DNA of 64,000 bases. It comes from Octopus sinensis (lineage: Eukaryota). Shown here piece after piece: positions 36,354 through 49,633 of the stretch (the stretch's first letter is position 1; each line of letters opens with the position of its first letter). The notes beneath the pieces are model-generated. The model was not told the DNA's origin, did no database searches, and was given only the letters and a program-made list of their open reading frames with translations. The stretch spans positions 12,648,001 to 12,712,000 of the forward strand of contig NC_043006.1 in assembly GCF_006345805.1 (NCBI RefSeq), written 5' to 3'. Made by a program: the position numbers and the translations under genes.

Positions 36354-36706
36354 ATAAAAAATTGTATAAGTAAGCTGGCATTCAAAATGAAACTAATAAT
36401 TCGATCACCTCGTATCATGATTATATATCCTACTTATTTGTTCTCTTTACGTAAACATTTTGTTTAATTCCCGTAATAACATTGCTTGAAATATTTGCAA
36501 GCAGGATGCACTCATTTTAAACGTTATGTAACTTATATTCATATATCTTCATGAATAGATAAACCGTTTCTTCATTCTCTTAACATAAACATTGTTTAAT
36601 TCCCATCATGCGCTAAGCATTCAGCTTGAAATATTGGGCATTTACAGGGTGTTCCGGCAAAATTTGACAATTTTTAATGTCTCTTTTATTCGGGAAGAGC
36701 TTGGTA

Positions 36707-37118
36707 TACTCTTTTACTCTTTACTCTTTTACTTGTTTCAGTCATTTGACTGCGGCCATGCTGGAGCACCGCCTTTAGTCGAGCAAATCGACCCCGGGAC
36801 TTTTTCTTTGTAAGCCCAGTACTTATTCTATCGGTCTCTTTTGCCGAACCGCTAAGTGACGGGGACGTAAACACACCAGCATCGGTTGTCAAGCAATGCT
36901 AGGGAGACAAACACACATACACAAACACACACATACACATATATACATATATACGACAGGCTTCTTTCAGTTTCCGTCTACCAAATCCACTCACAAGGCA
37001 TTGGTCGGCCTGGGGCTATAGCAGAAGACACTTGCCCAAGATGCCACGCAGTGGGACTGAACCCGGAACCATGTGGTTGGTTAGCAAGCTACTTACCACA
37101 CAACCATTCCTGCGCCTA
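36707..37118 (-). mobile_element. SINE family A, full length
   Basis: Inverted relative to 35963-36353. Confidence 0.92.
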
Positions 37119-37396
37119 TATGTTGGTGAAAACTTAACAATTTTGGAGAGCATAAAGATTAAAATTGCGGTTGAGGAAAAGTTAGCTGATATGGAGGACA
37201 GAAAGCCATCGGGGGCCATAAAATAAGTACCAGTTGAGTACTATTGTCGATGTAATTGACGTTTCCCCGAAATTGCTGGCCTTGTGCTAAAACTTGGAAT
37301 CAGCATTAATCACCTTATTGTGACTACTGTTCTGTGCTATCAGAGCTCATGGCAGGAATGTCTTTTCGTGTGTATATCCACATGGTTATGGTCTCA

Positions 37397-37814
37397 TAAA
37401 GGCGGCGAGCTGCCAGAAACGTTAGCACGCCGGGCGAAATGCTTAGCGGTATTTCGTCTGCGTTACGTTCTGAGTTCAAATTCCGCCGAGGTCGACTTTG
37501 CCTTTCATCCTTTCGAGGTCGATAAATTAAGCACCAGTTACGCACTAGGGGTCGATGTAATCGACTTAATACCCATGTCTCTCCTTGTTTGTCCCCTCTT
37601 TGTTTAGACCCTTGTGAGTAATAAAGAAATAGGTATTTCGTCTGCGTTACGTTGTGAGTTCAAATTCCGCCGAGGTCGACTTTGCCTTTCATTCTTTCGG
37701 GGTCGATAAATTAAGCACCAGTTACGCACTGGGGTCGATGTAATCGACTTAATACCTATATCTGTCCTTGTTTGTCCCTTCTGTGTTTAGTCCCTTGTGG
37801 GTAATAAAGAAATA
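37397..37814 (+). mobile_element. SINE B dimer: head-(body-tail)x2 with 13-bp TSD
   Basis: TSD ggttatggtctca at 37384-37396 and 37815-37827; unit junction aaagaaata|ggtatttcgtctg at ~37631. Confidence 0.92.
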
Positions 37815-39146
37815 GGTTATGGTCTCAACGAAATAAAGCAGAGGGATGGCTGAAAGTTCTAAGCAGAAAGAGCTATACTTCAAGGAATGGCGGAAAGTAG
37901 ATGTGACAGATTTAACTTTTCCATAGGATTTGGAAACAAAGGTAAAAGTTACTTTCACGGGGGAAATGCAACTATGGCGCATCTCAGCTTGTTTGGTGCA
38001 TAGCTTTTACTAAAGAAAACACCTTTGAGAGTAATATAAAATGAGCGGTACGTTGAGGAGAAACGTATGTTTTATCACAAATTCAAACGTTTAGAAATGT
38101 TTGAAAAGATCGATAAAATTCCGAAAAAATTAACCCCTTCTCGCCATCCCCCTTTTCTGCTTTTATGGCAACATAAAACGGAAGGAAGGATGAATTTGGA
38201 AACTTTCATTCATTTTTTTCTTCTTTTTAATGCGAAATTGATATCTTTCTATAATGGTTAATAGACGGGAAACAAAACGAGAACATGAAAATCCCTCTTG
38301 ATAGTATATTTTGTGTCCCTCTTTTTTATAGTTCTTTTACAAAACCCATAATTACAGAGATAATTTCTATTTCAAAATACATAGATTTTACATTTTACTC
38401 TCCCCCAATGTTTTATGTATTTTGATTAATTTCTTCAGTTTCTTTTAAGTTTATATTTTAGCAGCTGCTGGTAGAGAAATATCACTTAGGAGATATCACG
38501 CTAAGCAATAAGTGATCCATGTCAATTTAAATAATCTGTAAGAGTAAATTCTCTCGGGATATAGTTGTTTCTTAAATGTTATGGTATTATATTTCCTGAT
38601 GTATATACGCACAAACCCTTTTTCGTTCGCAATTTCATACTGATGTCAGTGATTTCCGTTTAAGAAAGAAAAAAAGAATACCGAATTCTATAAATGTTTA
38701 TATATTCTGTTAAATGGCAACAAGAAATAATGCAATTAATTGCTTCTTCAGAATTTCTACATATTCTTCAGGTACATTTCGATATGCAAATAAACTTTAT
38801 ATTTTCATAGTTTTTTCGTGAATCGTACTTTGATCATTCGCAGCGATCAAAATTCCCTAAAGATATGATCAAATAATAAATCATTTGATCATGCACTTCT
38901 TTTGCTCTCACTACCGATAAATTAAACCAATGGAAAGGCTTACAGTAGGTCGGTTCACTACTAGAAATAGCAACTGTATCTCATACAAATACTACCACTC
39001 CGTTTTAAGAAAAGAGTACACATAAGATGGTAATGTCATCACAGATTCACTATGTCTGAAATAAAAAGAAATCGACAAATTGCTCGGTCAGGATAGGCCT
39101 AGAGTTGCACAACAATAACGTCACTAGGTATATATATGTATAAGAA

Positions 39147-39379
39147 AGGCGGCGAGCTGGCAGAAACGTTAACACGTCGGGCGAAATACGTAGCGATATT
39201 TTGTCTGCCGCTACGTTCTGGGTTGAAAATCCGCCGAGGTCGACTTTGCCTTTCATCCTTTCGGGGTCGATTAAATAAGTACCAGTTACGCACTGGGGTC
39301 GATATAATTTACTTAATCCGTTTCTCTGTCCTTATTTGTCCTCTCTCTGTATAGCCCCTTGTGGGTGGTAAAGAAATAC
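39147..39379 (+). mobile_element. SINE B monomer with TSD
   Basis: gta(t/c)atatatgtataagaa at 39128-39146 and 39382-39400. Confidence 0.9.
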
Positions 39380-39761
39380 GTGTACATATATGTATAAGAA
39401 GCTTTTTACTGAACTTCAGTAGTAAGATCTATTAAATCAACTACAACATCACTAGATGTCAGTAGACTCGGGTTAATGAAATGCAGCGTTCTAACGGAAC
39501 GTCTAAAGCATTGATAGCTACTATTATGTCACCTATCTGATTTGACTCGTACAGTTATCAATAATTAGGCAAGCTTCGATACAGATTTTGTGTTTCAAAT
39601 ATCACTTATGTTTGATGTATTGGTCAACTGAAGGAGGAAGTAGAAAACACAGTCCCACTCTGCTACACAATGTGACCGAACTTCATGTTTATGAAGCAAA
39701 TTTCCTATTAGCATAACTACTTTTCCAACATGTTTTTCATTATTTTTATACCTTCCTAATA

Positions 39762-40000
39762 CAGTAATCCGTCGCTGTATCGCGGATTCATCTATCGCGG
39801 TTCACCTATTGCAGTTTATTATTTAAGCTTACATCGATTCCTCCGTGGTGTTGTTTTGCATTTATAATAAATTAGATATATACAAATTATATTAATAATA
39901 AAAGAAAATACAGTACAGTACTGTTTTTACTTCGCGGATTTTCACCTATCACGGGGGTTGGAGTTGGAAAGTAACTTCCGCGATAGTCGAGGGGTTACTG
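39762..40000. mobile_element. Tigger/pogo-like MITE
   Basis: TA|CAGTAatccgtcgctgtatcgcgg ... ccgcgatagtcgaggggttACTG; imperfect ~24-bp TIRs; the right-hand TA reads tc. Confidence 0.75.
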
Positions 40001-40585
40001 TCAATACATTGATCGAATTATCGGTTGATATTTTCTTCCGAGCAAAATTTCTTAAACAGGTTATTACGCTGTTTCTGCAGCACCCAGAAAAAGTTTTAAA
40101 GGGGATCGCGACGAGATACGAACGAGATATTGACTTAAACGAATTTCGTTTATTGACTCAAACGAAATTGGCATTAGAATGACATTTATTAATTTTTCTT
40201 AAAATTGCAAACTGACACAATCGTTAGCACATTGGATAAAAATGAATAGCATCATTCCTTCCAGGGCAGTGTTTGTATTTAAGAGCAGCCTTGAGACCCA
40301 TGGTATACTCAGTCGAGTGATTGTGATCGTGCAGGCTACTGGAATATAAACACGTCTTTACTTCGGTATGTACGTGTATGTTCTTCTCATTTTGTTCTGT
40401 GCACGATAACGATTTCACTGACCCGACCTTGGGGCTTTACGATTTAAGGACCTGACTCATTAGAATCCTGAACTCTTATCTCATATACTTACACACACAA
40501 ACACACACTCACATAAAGGACGGGTTCCCATCTACCAAATCCACTCAAAAGACTTTGATCGGTCCGGCATATATATATATATACG

Positions 40586-40811
40586 TTACAATTAATAAGA
40601 AAAATGACCACTAAAGGGGATTCCTACACACTAGAAATAGATGTCAAATCGCCTTACCACAAGAGTGTGTTCCCAAGAGGGAAAAAAATAGAAAACGCCA
40701 AAATGCTGTTATATTTTTCTTGAGAACACACTCCTTGTGATAAGGCGATTTGACGTCTATTTCTAGCGTGTAGGAATCCACTTTAGTGGTCATTCCTCTT
40801 ATTAATTGTAA
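40586..40811. mobile_element. Fold-back element with ~93-bp inverted arms beside (TA)n
   Basis: Arms 40586-40678 and 40718-40811, ~40-bp spacer. Confidence 0.75.
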
Positions 40812-40939
40812 TATAATTTTTAAATCTTCGGAATTTTTTGAATATGCTAGACCACTGGTTTAAATTGATGTTGATTGATATTAATTTCTACCCTCAGTAT
40901 TTTATATATATATATACATATATATATATAATATATATT

Positions 40940-41002
<63 letters not shown>

Positions 41003-41680
41003 TATATAATATTACATATATATATATAATATATATATATATATATTATTATTATAATATATATATACTATATATATATATATATATCTATATATATATA
41101 TAATATATATAATATATATCCAGAGAGAGAGAGAGAGAGAAGGGGGAGAGAGAGCGAGAGAGAGATAGAGAGCAGATAGACAGAGAGATAGATATAACAC
41201 AAGCTGCCCATTTTGCATTTTCGTTGAATTATAAAACCATAAACTTTTGATGTTGGGCTATTTCTAAGCCAATCCCGGAATAGACCACATGAAATATTGA
41301 TACTTTCTCGGTAATGATGGTCCTTTGGCGCACAAAAATTGATTATGGCTGATTATTAATCTTTACGGCGAAGTAGCATAAGGCTCCCAGCAAGTCAAAC
41401 ATGCTGAGCAAATGAGATAAGTTGACGCATCGGATAAAATACTTAGTGGCATTTCTGCCGGCTCTTTACATTCTGAGCTGAAATCCAACCGCGGACATCT
41501 TTGCTTTCGCCATTTCGGGGTGGATAAATTAAAGTGCCAAGTGAGGCACTGGAGTCGGTGAAATCTGCTTGCCGGCCGGACATCTCAAAACTGCTGGGTT
41601 TAAACCAAATGTTGAAACAAATATTAATGTCTAAGGTCTATATCTATGTGAAAGAATGGTTAGTTATATTCATCTAAAGG

Positions 41681-42098
41681 AGGGCGGCGAGCTGGCAGAA
41701 ACGTTAGCACGCCTGACGAAACGCTTAGCGGTATTTCGCCCCTGTCGCTACGTTCTGAGTTCCAATTCCGCCAAGGTCGACTTTGCCTTTTATCCTTCCG
41801 GGGTCGATTAAATAAGTACCAGTTACGCACTGAGGTCGATATAATCGACTTAATCCGTTTGTCTGTCCTTGTTTGTCCTCTCTGTGTTTAGCCCCTTGTG
41901 GGTAGTAAAGAAATAGGTATTTCGTCTGTCGTTACATTGAGTTCAAATTCCGCCGAGGTCGACTTTGCCTTTCATTCTTTCGGGGTCGATTAAATAAGTA
42001 CCAGTTTCTCACTGGGGTCGATGTAATGGATTAATCCGTTTGTCTGTCCTTGTTTGTCCTCTCTGTGTTTAGCCCCTTGTGGGCAGTAAAGAAATATG
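41681..42098 (+). mobile_element. SINE B dimer with TSD
   Basis: tat(t/c)catctaaagg at 41667-41680 and 42099-42112; unit junction aaagaaata|ggtatttcg at ~41915. Confidence 0.9.
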
Positions 42099-42443
42099 TA
42101 TCCATCTAAAGGCTTTATATGGAAAAGCAATGTTGTAACGGATTAGACAACAAAGGATTGTATTTAATTTCAAAACGCATTCATTTGTCTTAACCGATGC
42201 AGATTTCCAATGTTCTCTCGACAATTTGATGACGCAGGCGTATGCACGAGATTAACATTTTTGGAAGTAGTGAGCAGAGAGAAATTTATGGAGGAAAATG
42301 AAAACCCTGACAGTTCAGATTCTTCAACTCTTTATCTTGATCTTTCGGTTACTCGAATTTACAGGGCGTCAAATTTTAAAACTGGTCCATATCTCTCTCA
42401 GTACGTGATTTCCAAAGACATCAAAACGATTTACAGAAGGAAT

Positions 42444-42455
42444 ATGATAATAATA

Positions 42456-42487
<32 letters not shown>

Positions 42488-42670
42488 TAATAATAATAAT
42501 AATAATAATAATAAAATAATAATAATAATAATAATAATAATAATCATTATAATAATAATAATAATAATAATCATTATAATAATAATAATAATGGTAATAA
42601 TGATAATAATAATAACAATAACAACAACAATACCACCACCAACAACAACAATAATAATGATAGCGACAAC
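42444..42670. repeat. (AAT)n/(AAC)n microsatellite
   Basis: Read directly from the sequence. Confidence 0.95.
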
Positions 42671-43319
42671 AGCAATATGTTCTGTGTTTAGTAAAGAGAA
42701 CGCCTGAATTCTCTTAAAGTTATCTTGTGTTAGAGAAAGGCATTATAACATGTTTTATCAATGTCGCTCGAAAGTCACAGAAAATTCTTCTGAAATATTT
42801 ACAAAATTATGGATGACGAGGGAATATGGGAGGTATATACGTAGACGTGTAGTTAAGGAATTTTGCTCTGTAACCGCCTGTTTCTAGGTTCGTTCCTGTA
42901 ATATGCCACATTGGGAAAATGTTTTCTTGTTCTGTTTTGTGTTGACCAATTCACCATTAAGTGAATATTGGTTACGGGAGCCCATTGTATACGTACATTA
43001 ATGTCGAGTTACGGCCCTTTAAGTTAAAAGCTGACAACATAATCTGCCTATAAATGGTGATTGCAGTATTATATTTAAGAAAGAAAAAGAAAACTGAACA
43101 AATACTGATGATGTAATCGGGGAAAACACTTTAAATGATGTGATCATCTATGGAAACAGTTCATTGACAAAAAAGAAAAAAAAAGAAAAAAGAAGAAAGT
43201 GTGTGTATGAAAGTATATATATATGGGCATATATGTGGATATATATATATATATATATATATATTCATATATACTCATATACGAATTAATATTTATCAGA
43301 AGTAACAGAGTGGCACATA

Positions 43320-43358
<39 letters not shown>

Positions 43359-43594
43359 TGTGAAGCATGACTGTCAACACTACTACATGAACCCGAAGAT
43401 TGCAGAATTCAATGCATGAAAGTACTAGTTCAATCAGAATGAACATTTAACATTCTACTATTTCATTTTATTTTATTCAATTATAATATATTATCTTATA
43501 ATATATCATTATAAGATTGTAAATAAAACGTGAAAATCAGACAAGGTTGGAATTCTTTTTATTAATATATTCTTCTATACACAATCACACACAC

Positions 43595-43673
<79 letters not shown>

Positions 43674-43814
43674 TATATATATATATATAATTAGGGCTTA
43701 GTAAAATAAATTACTTAAATGGTCCTTTTACATACTGAACACTTGGTGAAATTGATTCATTAATTAATTTTACCCTCAATTGTTGATATTATATATATAT
43801 ATATATATAATATC

Positions 43815-44007
43815 TTATTGGTGAATTGAAGAAATGGAGCTGAACGCAGATTGAACAGAAATCGTTTTATTTCATTCTACACGTGTTTCGAAAGGCACAA
43901 TTTAGCAAAATCCGATTGAATAATGGGACCATATTCTACGTGTAGAATGAAATAAAACGATTTATGTTCAATCTGCGTTCAGCTCCATTTCTTCAATTCA
44001 CCAATAA
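43815..44007. mobile_element. Fold-back element with 70-bp arms (Penelope inverted pseudo-LTR-like)
   Basis: 43815-43884 and 43938-44007 match at 69/70. The minus strand carries a hammerhead 3' half (GAAAC-ACGT-GTA) followed by aataaa. Confidence 0.72.
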
Positions 44008-44184
44008 TATTTTAATTTCAATTATCCGCACCAACGCACGGTTGCAACACCATATGGTTGTACCTCCAACCGTGCTGTTTACTGCTGTGATTTTTGCTAC
44101 CAAGGTATCGGTTAAACTTTTGATTAATCTACTACAAGATTATTCATCTTTCTATTTCACATTATATATATATATATATATAAA

Positions 44185-44385
44185 TGTGTGTATGTATGTA
44201 TATATATATATATTTATATATATGTATGTATGTATGTATGAATGTATGTATGTATGTATGTATGTATGTATGTATGTATGTATGTATGTATGTATGTATG
44301 TATGTATGTATGTATGTATGTATGTATGTATGCATGTATGTATGTATGTATGTATGTATGTATGTGTGTGTGTATGTATGTATAC
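44185..44385. repeat. (TATG)n microsatellite
   Basis: Read directly from the sequence. Confidence 0.95.
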
Positions 44386-44396
44386 ATGTCAATATA

Positions 44397-44729
44397 AAAT
44401 TAATGGGGAAATCCAAAGCATTCCAAGGAAGTTACACGCAGAAAATCGTCTCAATGCAACGTGTCAGCTGCTGGGAAAGACGGAAAGAATCAAAACTCTT
44501 CTCCTTAGAACGAAGGCGGAAAATATATGCGGTGATATACGTCTGGAAAATCGTGGAAGGCCTTGTACCTAACTTTGGCACTGAAAGTTACACGAACAGC
44601 AGAACAAGGCGCTACTGAAAAATGCCACCGATACCAACATCTCCATCAAAATACAGGACTAGGTACTGCAACAGCTTGGGTTTCGAGGCCCAACAGTTCC
44701 CCAATATCCTTCCAAAATGCCCGAGAGAA
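44397..44729 (+). mobile_element. CR1-like LINE ORF2 C-terminal fragment
   Basis: YTQKIVSMQRVSCWERRKESKLFSLERRRKIYAVIYVWKIVEGLVPNFG...RTRYCNSLGFRGP, with the LERRR motif that follows the RT domain in CR1. Confidence 0.82.
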
Positions 44730-45028
44730 CCGACCCCGAAAGGATGAAAGGCAAAGTCGACCTCGGCGGAATTTGAACTCAGAACGTAACGGCAGCCGAA
44801 ATACCTATTTCTTTATTCCCCACAAGGGGCTAAACACAGTGAGGACAAATAAAGACAGACAAACGGATTAAGTTGATTTTATCGACCCCAGTACGCATCT
44901 AGTTCTTATTTATCGACCCCGAAAGGATGAAAGGCAAAGTCGACCTCGGCGGAATTTGAACTCAGAACGTAACGGCAGACGAAATACCCCTAAGCATTTC
45001 GCCCGGCATGCTAACGTTTCTGCCAGCT
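44730..45028 (-). mobile_element. SINE B, 1.5 units, head truncated
   Basis: Unit junction at ~44804; private variant gaaatacccctaagc shared with the copy at 47403. Confidence 0.88.
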
Positions 45029-45224
45029 TCAATCCAATGCCCAGAACATTGAGCAAATGTCTTCTAGCATAACCTCAGGGTGATTAATATATACTATTGA
45101 GTCCTGTGGAATTTGTACACAACGAAAAAGATTAAGAGAAGCTGTTTAAGACAGAAAGAATGATTTTTATATTTATTTTGTTATTTCACTTCTAGTCGCA
45201 ATAAAGTGTTTAGCATTTTATATA
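45029..45224 (+). repeat. Local duplication, copy 1 (copy 2 = 47616-47792 + 48196-48215)
   Basis: Near-identical flank ttcaatcc..gcccagaacattgagcaa...cacttctagtc.caataaagtgtt.agcattttatata. Confidence 0.9.
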
Positions 45225-45440
45225 AGTTTCTTCAAACACAACTGGGTCTCCTACTGTGAAGGTTTCCAGATGAGCCTGCTTCACGGCAGGAAACACAGTT
45301 GAGGGTAGTAGAATCAAATCCCCTCATTCAGAAATGCCACATATAGGAGCAGGTTTCCAATAATGGTGTCGCTCAGTCAACAGTGCTGTCCCAGCATGAC
45401 CGCAGCTTTGAAGGTGAAACATTTTAAAGAATCAGAGATA

Positions 45441-45476
<36 letters not shown>

Positions 45477-45484
45477 TGTGTGTG

Positions 45485-45534
<50 letters not shown>

Positions 45535-46300
45535 CTTTGAATGTGTACTAATAACACGGAAAAATTAAATAAATAGCTATCTAGTTAGCAAAAAAATCCC
45601 ATAAGTAACTTATAAAAGTAGATTCCAGGATTTAGTGAAATGTTTTTGTATAACATAAACAAAGAAATGGAGTTAAACGCAGGTGGTGTAAGATATATCT
45701 ATATAATCACAGACACACGCTTATTGATGTGCTGAAAAAAGACATTTACTGGAAAAAGAAAAACAGACGTGGAGTCACTTATCTCTCATCAGTGGACGAT
45801 CGATATCATCATAATTTCGATACTTTCCAGTAATATTATTGAGTTTCGTGGTACCAGGCTCTGTTCAGGCTTGGATATAACTTTTCCTTTGTTTTCACCA
45901 GCCTTTTCAAAGATACCCAAAGTGGCAGTTCTGAGGAAGTAAGATATTCTCAACCAAATTCTTGATACATTATGGATTCTGCTGCAAGCAACCGAGTTCC
46001 AAGGTGATGGTGTTCAAATGAGAGATTAATAAGACTTCCACCCAAATAAGACCATGGTGAGATTTGATAACGCATCGCATTTGGAAGGGCATTCTTACAA
46101 TTGCGTCAATTCACCCCATAGATTGGTATATTTCATATCCACCTTCAAAGTTTGAAATGCAAAGATTGGCTCGGTGTGATTTGATATCAAAGTGCAGAAA
46201 GTGGCATCAACGACTGCAAGGCATTTTAAATGCCATTCTAAAGAGTCTGCTATGACAAACGTACTTGCATACATACAAAAATACATATATGCATTCATGC

Positions 46301-46334
<34 letters not shown>

Positions 46335-46439
46335 GCATACATATATATATATATATATATAAACATCTATAGGTATACACATACATAGAAGCATGTATGT
46401 AAATATCTATATATATATATCTATCTGTCTATCTATGTA

Positions 46440-46472
<33 letters not shown>

Positions 46473-46511
46473 GTCTGTATCTATATCTATCTATCTATAT
46501 ATATGTCTGAA

Positions 46512-46588
<77 letters not shown>

Positions 46589-47402
46589 GTGGACAGAGAA
46601 TAATGAATAGCCTAGGTAGTAAGGTCGATACTACATCGTATTTACCAATGTCTTTGAAGTCGCTAATAACTGGATACGATAGAAAGATGCGATGCCTGTC
46701 TTAAGGTATGCTTCGACAAAAGACTACTACCTTAGTATTTCCTGTATGGCTACTGGCACATTTTTTGCTTTCTATGATGGTTTCACTGGAGATTTCCTCT
46801 GAACGCTATGATAGTTATTTACCTTCGAATGTAAGTAATCTCTTTGAAAAATATCTTCAAAGAGATTTCAAGTATTCTAAAGTAAATTATACAAAATAAA
46901 TACGAACTTAATTCTATTAAATTTTACATATATTTCCGTAATTTTTAAAGAACTTTAAGATTTGATCGCATTATTTATGTATATATATATTTATATTTAT
47001 ATTTTTTTTATATCTATATTTTTTGTTGTTGTCTAAGATATAATCTAATCAATATTTGAACTGATAAAGAACAGAGCTGCTTTTTTTTGTTGTTATTTTT
47101 CCCCATCTTTTTCTCAAGATATAATTTATCTGCATTAAGCATAAGATAGAATGTTTTTTCATATCTTTGATAGTAACTATCTGGTTGGGAAAATATTAAT
47201 TCATTCTTGAGAAATTATGGAGAAATAATTTGAAGTAGTACTCTAGATTTTGCGAGAACATTGACAAAATGCCTGTTAGATGTAACTAAATGAGAATCTC
47301 TCTTATTATATACGTTTTGAAATTCAGTGTAAAATTCCAATGTTGCATGGCTGCTTGGTTAAGCGTATCGCTTCTCAAGAATATGCTTTCGCATTTCAAT
47401 CC

Positions 47403-47615
47403 TATTTCTTTACTACCCACAAGGGGCCAAACATGGAGTGGACAGACAAAGAGATTAATTTGATTACATCGACCCCAGTGCCTAACTGGTACTTAATTTA
47501 TCGACCCCGAAAGGATGAAAGGCAAAGTCGACCTCGGCGGAATTTGAACTCAGAACGTAACGGCAGACGAAATACCCCTAAGCATTTCGCCCGGCGTGCT
47601 AACGTTTCTGCCAGC
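47403..47615 (-). mobile_element. SINE B inserted in an old A-like head, TSD ttcaatcc
   Basis: ttcaatcc at 47395-47402 and 47616-47623. Confidence 0.85.
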
Positions 47616-47792
47616 TTCAATCCAGTGCCCAGAACATTGAGCAAGTGTCTTCTAGCATAACCTCAGGGTGATTAATATATACTATTGAGTCCTGTGGAAT
47701 TTGCACACAACGAAAAAGATTAAGAGAAGCTGTTTAAGAAAGAAAGAATGATTTTTATATTTATTTTGTTATTTCACTTCTAGTCACAATAA

Positions 47793-48182
47793 TGGTATAG
47801 AAGCACTCCGTCGGTTACGACGATGAGGGTTCCGGTTGATCCGAATCAACGGAACAGCCTGCTCGTGAAATTAACGTGTAAGTGGCTGAGCACTCCACAG
47901 ACACGTGTACACTTAACGTAGTTCTCGGGGATATTCGGCGTGACACAGAGAGTGACAAGGCCGGCTCCTTGAAATACAGGTACAACAGAAACAGGAAGTA
48001 AGAGTGAGAGAAAGTTGTCATGAAAGAGTACAGCAGGGATCGCCACCATCCCCTGCCGGAGCCTCGTGGAGCTTTTAGGTGTTTTCGCTCAATAAACACT
48101 CACAACGCCCGGTCTTGGAATCGAAACCGCGATCCTATGACTGCGAGTCCGCTGCCCTAACCATTGGGCCATTGCACCTCCA
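47793..48182 (-). mobile_element. SINE C1, full length, 13-bp TSD
   Basis: ctagtcacaataa at 47780-47792 and 48183-48195. Confidence 0.93.
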
Positions 48183-48620
48183 CTAGTCACAATAAAGTGT
48201 TAAGCATTTTATATATCTCTCTCTTTCTCTCTACCTCTTCAACAAACTATTAACCATGTAATTCCCCTCTTCATGTCTTTACCTTTCTTTCTCTGTACCT
48301 TTCCCTCCCCACCCTACATCATCTCTAAAACACTTTTCTCTCCCGCTTTTGTCTCACAATTTTCTCACTCTTCGCCTCTCCTTTCAACTAACCACGCGAT
48401 GCATTTGCCCTTAGTGTATTATCATATTCTCTTCTTTTTTTACTCACAGTTCTCTCCACCTTGCTCTCACTTTTACTCCACCTTTCTAACAAAAGTATAA
48501 TGGGCAAAGGAACAAGATTATTATATTGATGGGTGTAGGTAGATACACATACACATGCGCGCGCGTGTGTTTATGTGTCTGCGTGCGCATAGCATGAGCA
48601 AAGGAATGCTCTCTACACAC

Positions 48621-48657
<37 letters not shown>

Positions 48658-48744
48658 TAAATATACATACATATATATATCTATATACATACCTATCTAT
48701 ATATAGCCACAAGTGGGCATAGTTTGCACGGTCAAAGACCTTTT

Positions 48745-48855
48745 TGTAGTCCGGTATTCGACTAAATGATGGGACTACATAATTGTTAGAAAACCGAAAC
48801 GGAGTTCGTCAGGGTGGTACACTTTGTCCATGCTTTCTCGACATCTACAATTAGT
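48745..48855 (+). mobile_element. Small non-LTR RT fragment
   Basis: SGIRLNDGTT*LLENRNGVRQGGTLCPCFLDIYN resembles the G-V-R-Q-G RT motif. Confidence 0.5.
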
Positions 48856-49189
48856 GGATAATGCGAGAGTCAATACACTAAGAAGATGGCATCAAATTAT
48901 ATGGCTTGTATATATCTAATTGCAGACGGTGCTGCCCTACTGAATAACATTGAAGCCAGACTACAATAAATCATAGAGAACGTAATAGATGGAAAATATG
49001 AAGAGCTGGTAGGACAAGAGAGGGAAGGCAGCTGGAGAACTTGCGCTTAATCGGGATGAATTCCATTGTAGTGTCATTAAACTGTTGCAGGTGCACGATA
49101 CATGACGACGTTGGTACACACACGAATACACACACATACACACACGTATATAAAACAATAGCTGTGTATACACACCTATACACATACAC

Positions 49190-49633
<444 letters not shown>

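Noticed and set aside
36643-36680. Mariner-like TIR start tacagggtgttccgg
   Set aside because: No partner TIR located in the window.
38123-38140. piggyBac-like end (ttaa|ccccttctc)
   Set aside because: No matching opposite terminus or transposase found.
42210-42461. 83-aa ORF MFSRQFDDAG... as an exon or gene
   Set aside because: No recognisable homology or convincing splice pair, and it runs into (AAT)n.
45825-45975. Faint R4/Dong-like C-terminus (KIPKVAVLRK*DILNQIL)
   Set aside because: Similarity is too weak to call without a search.
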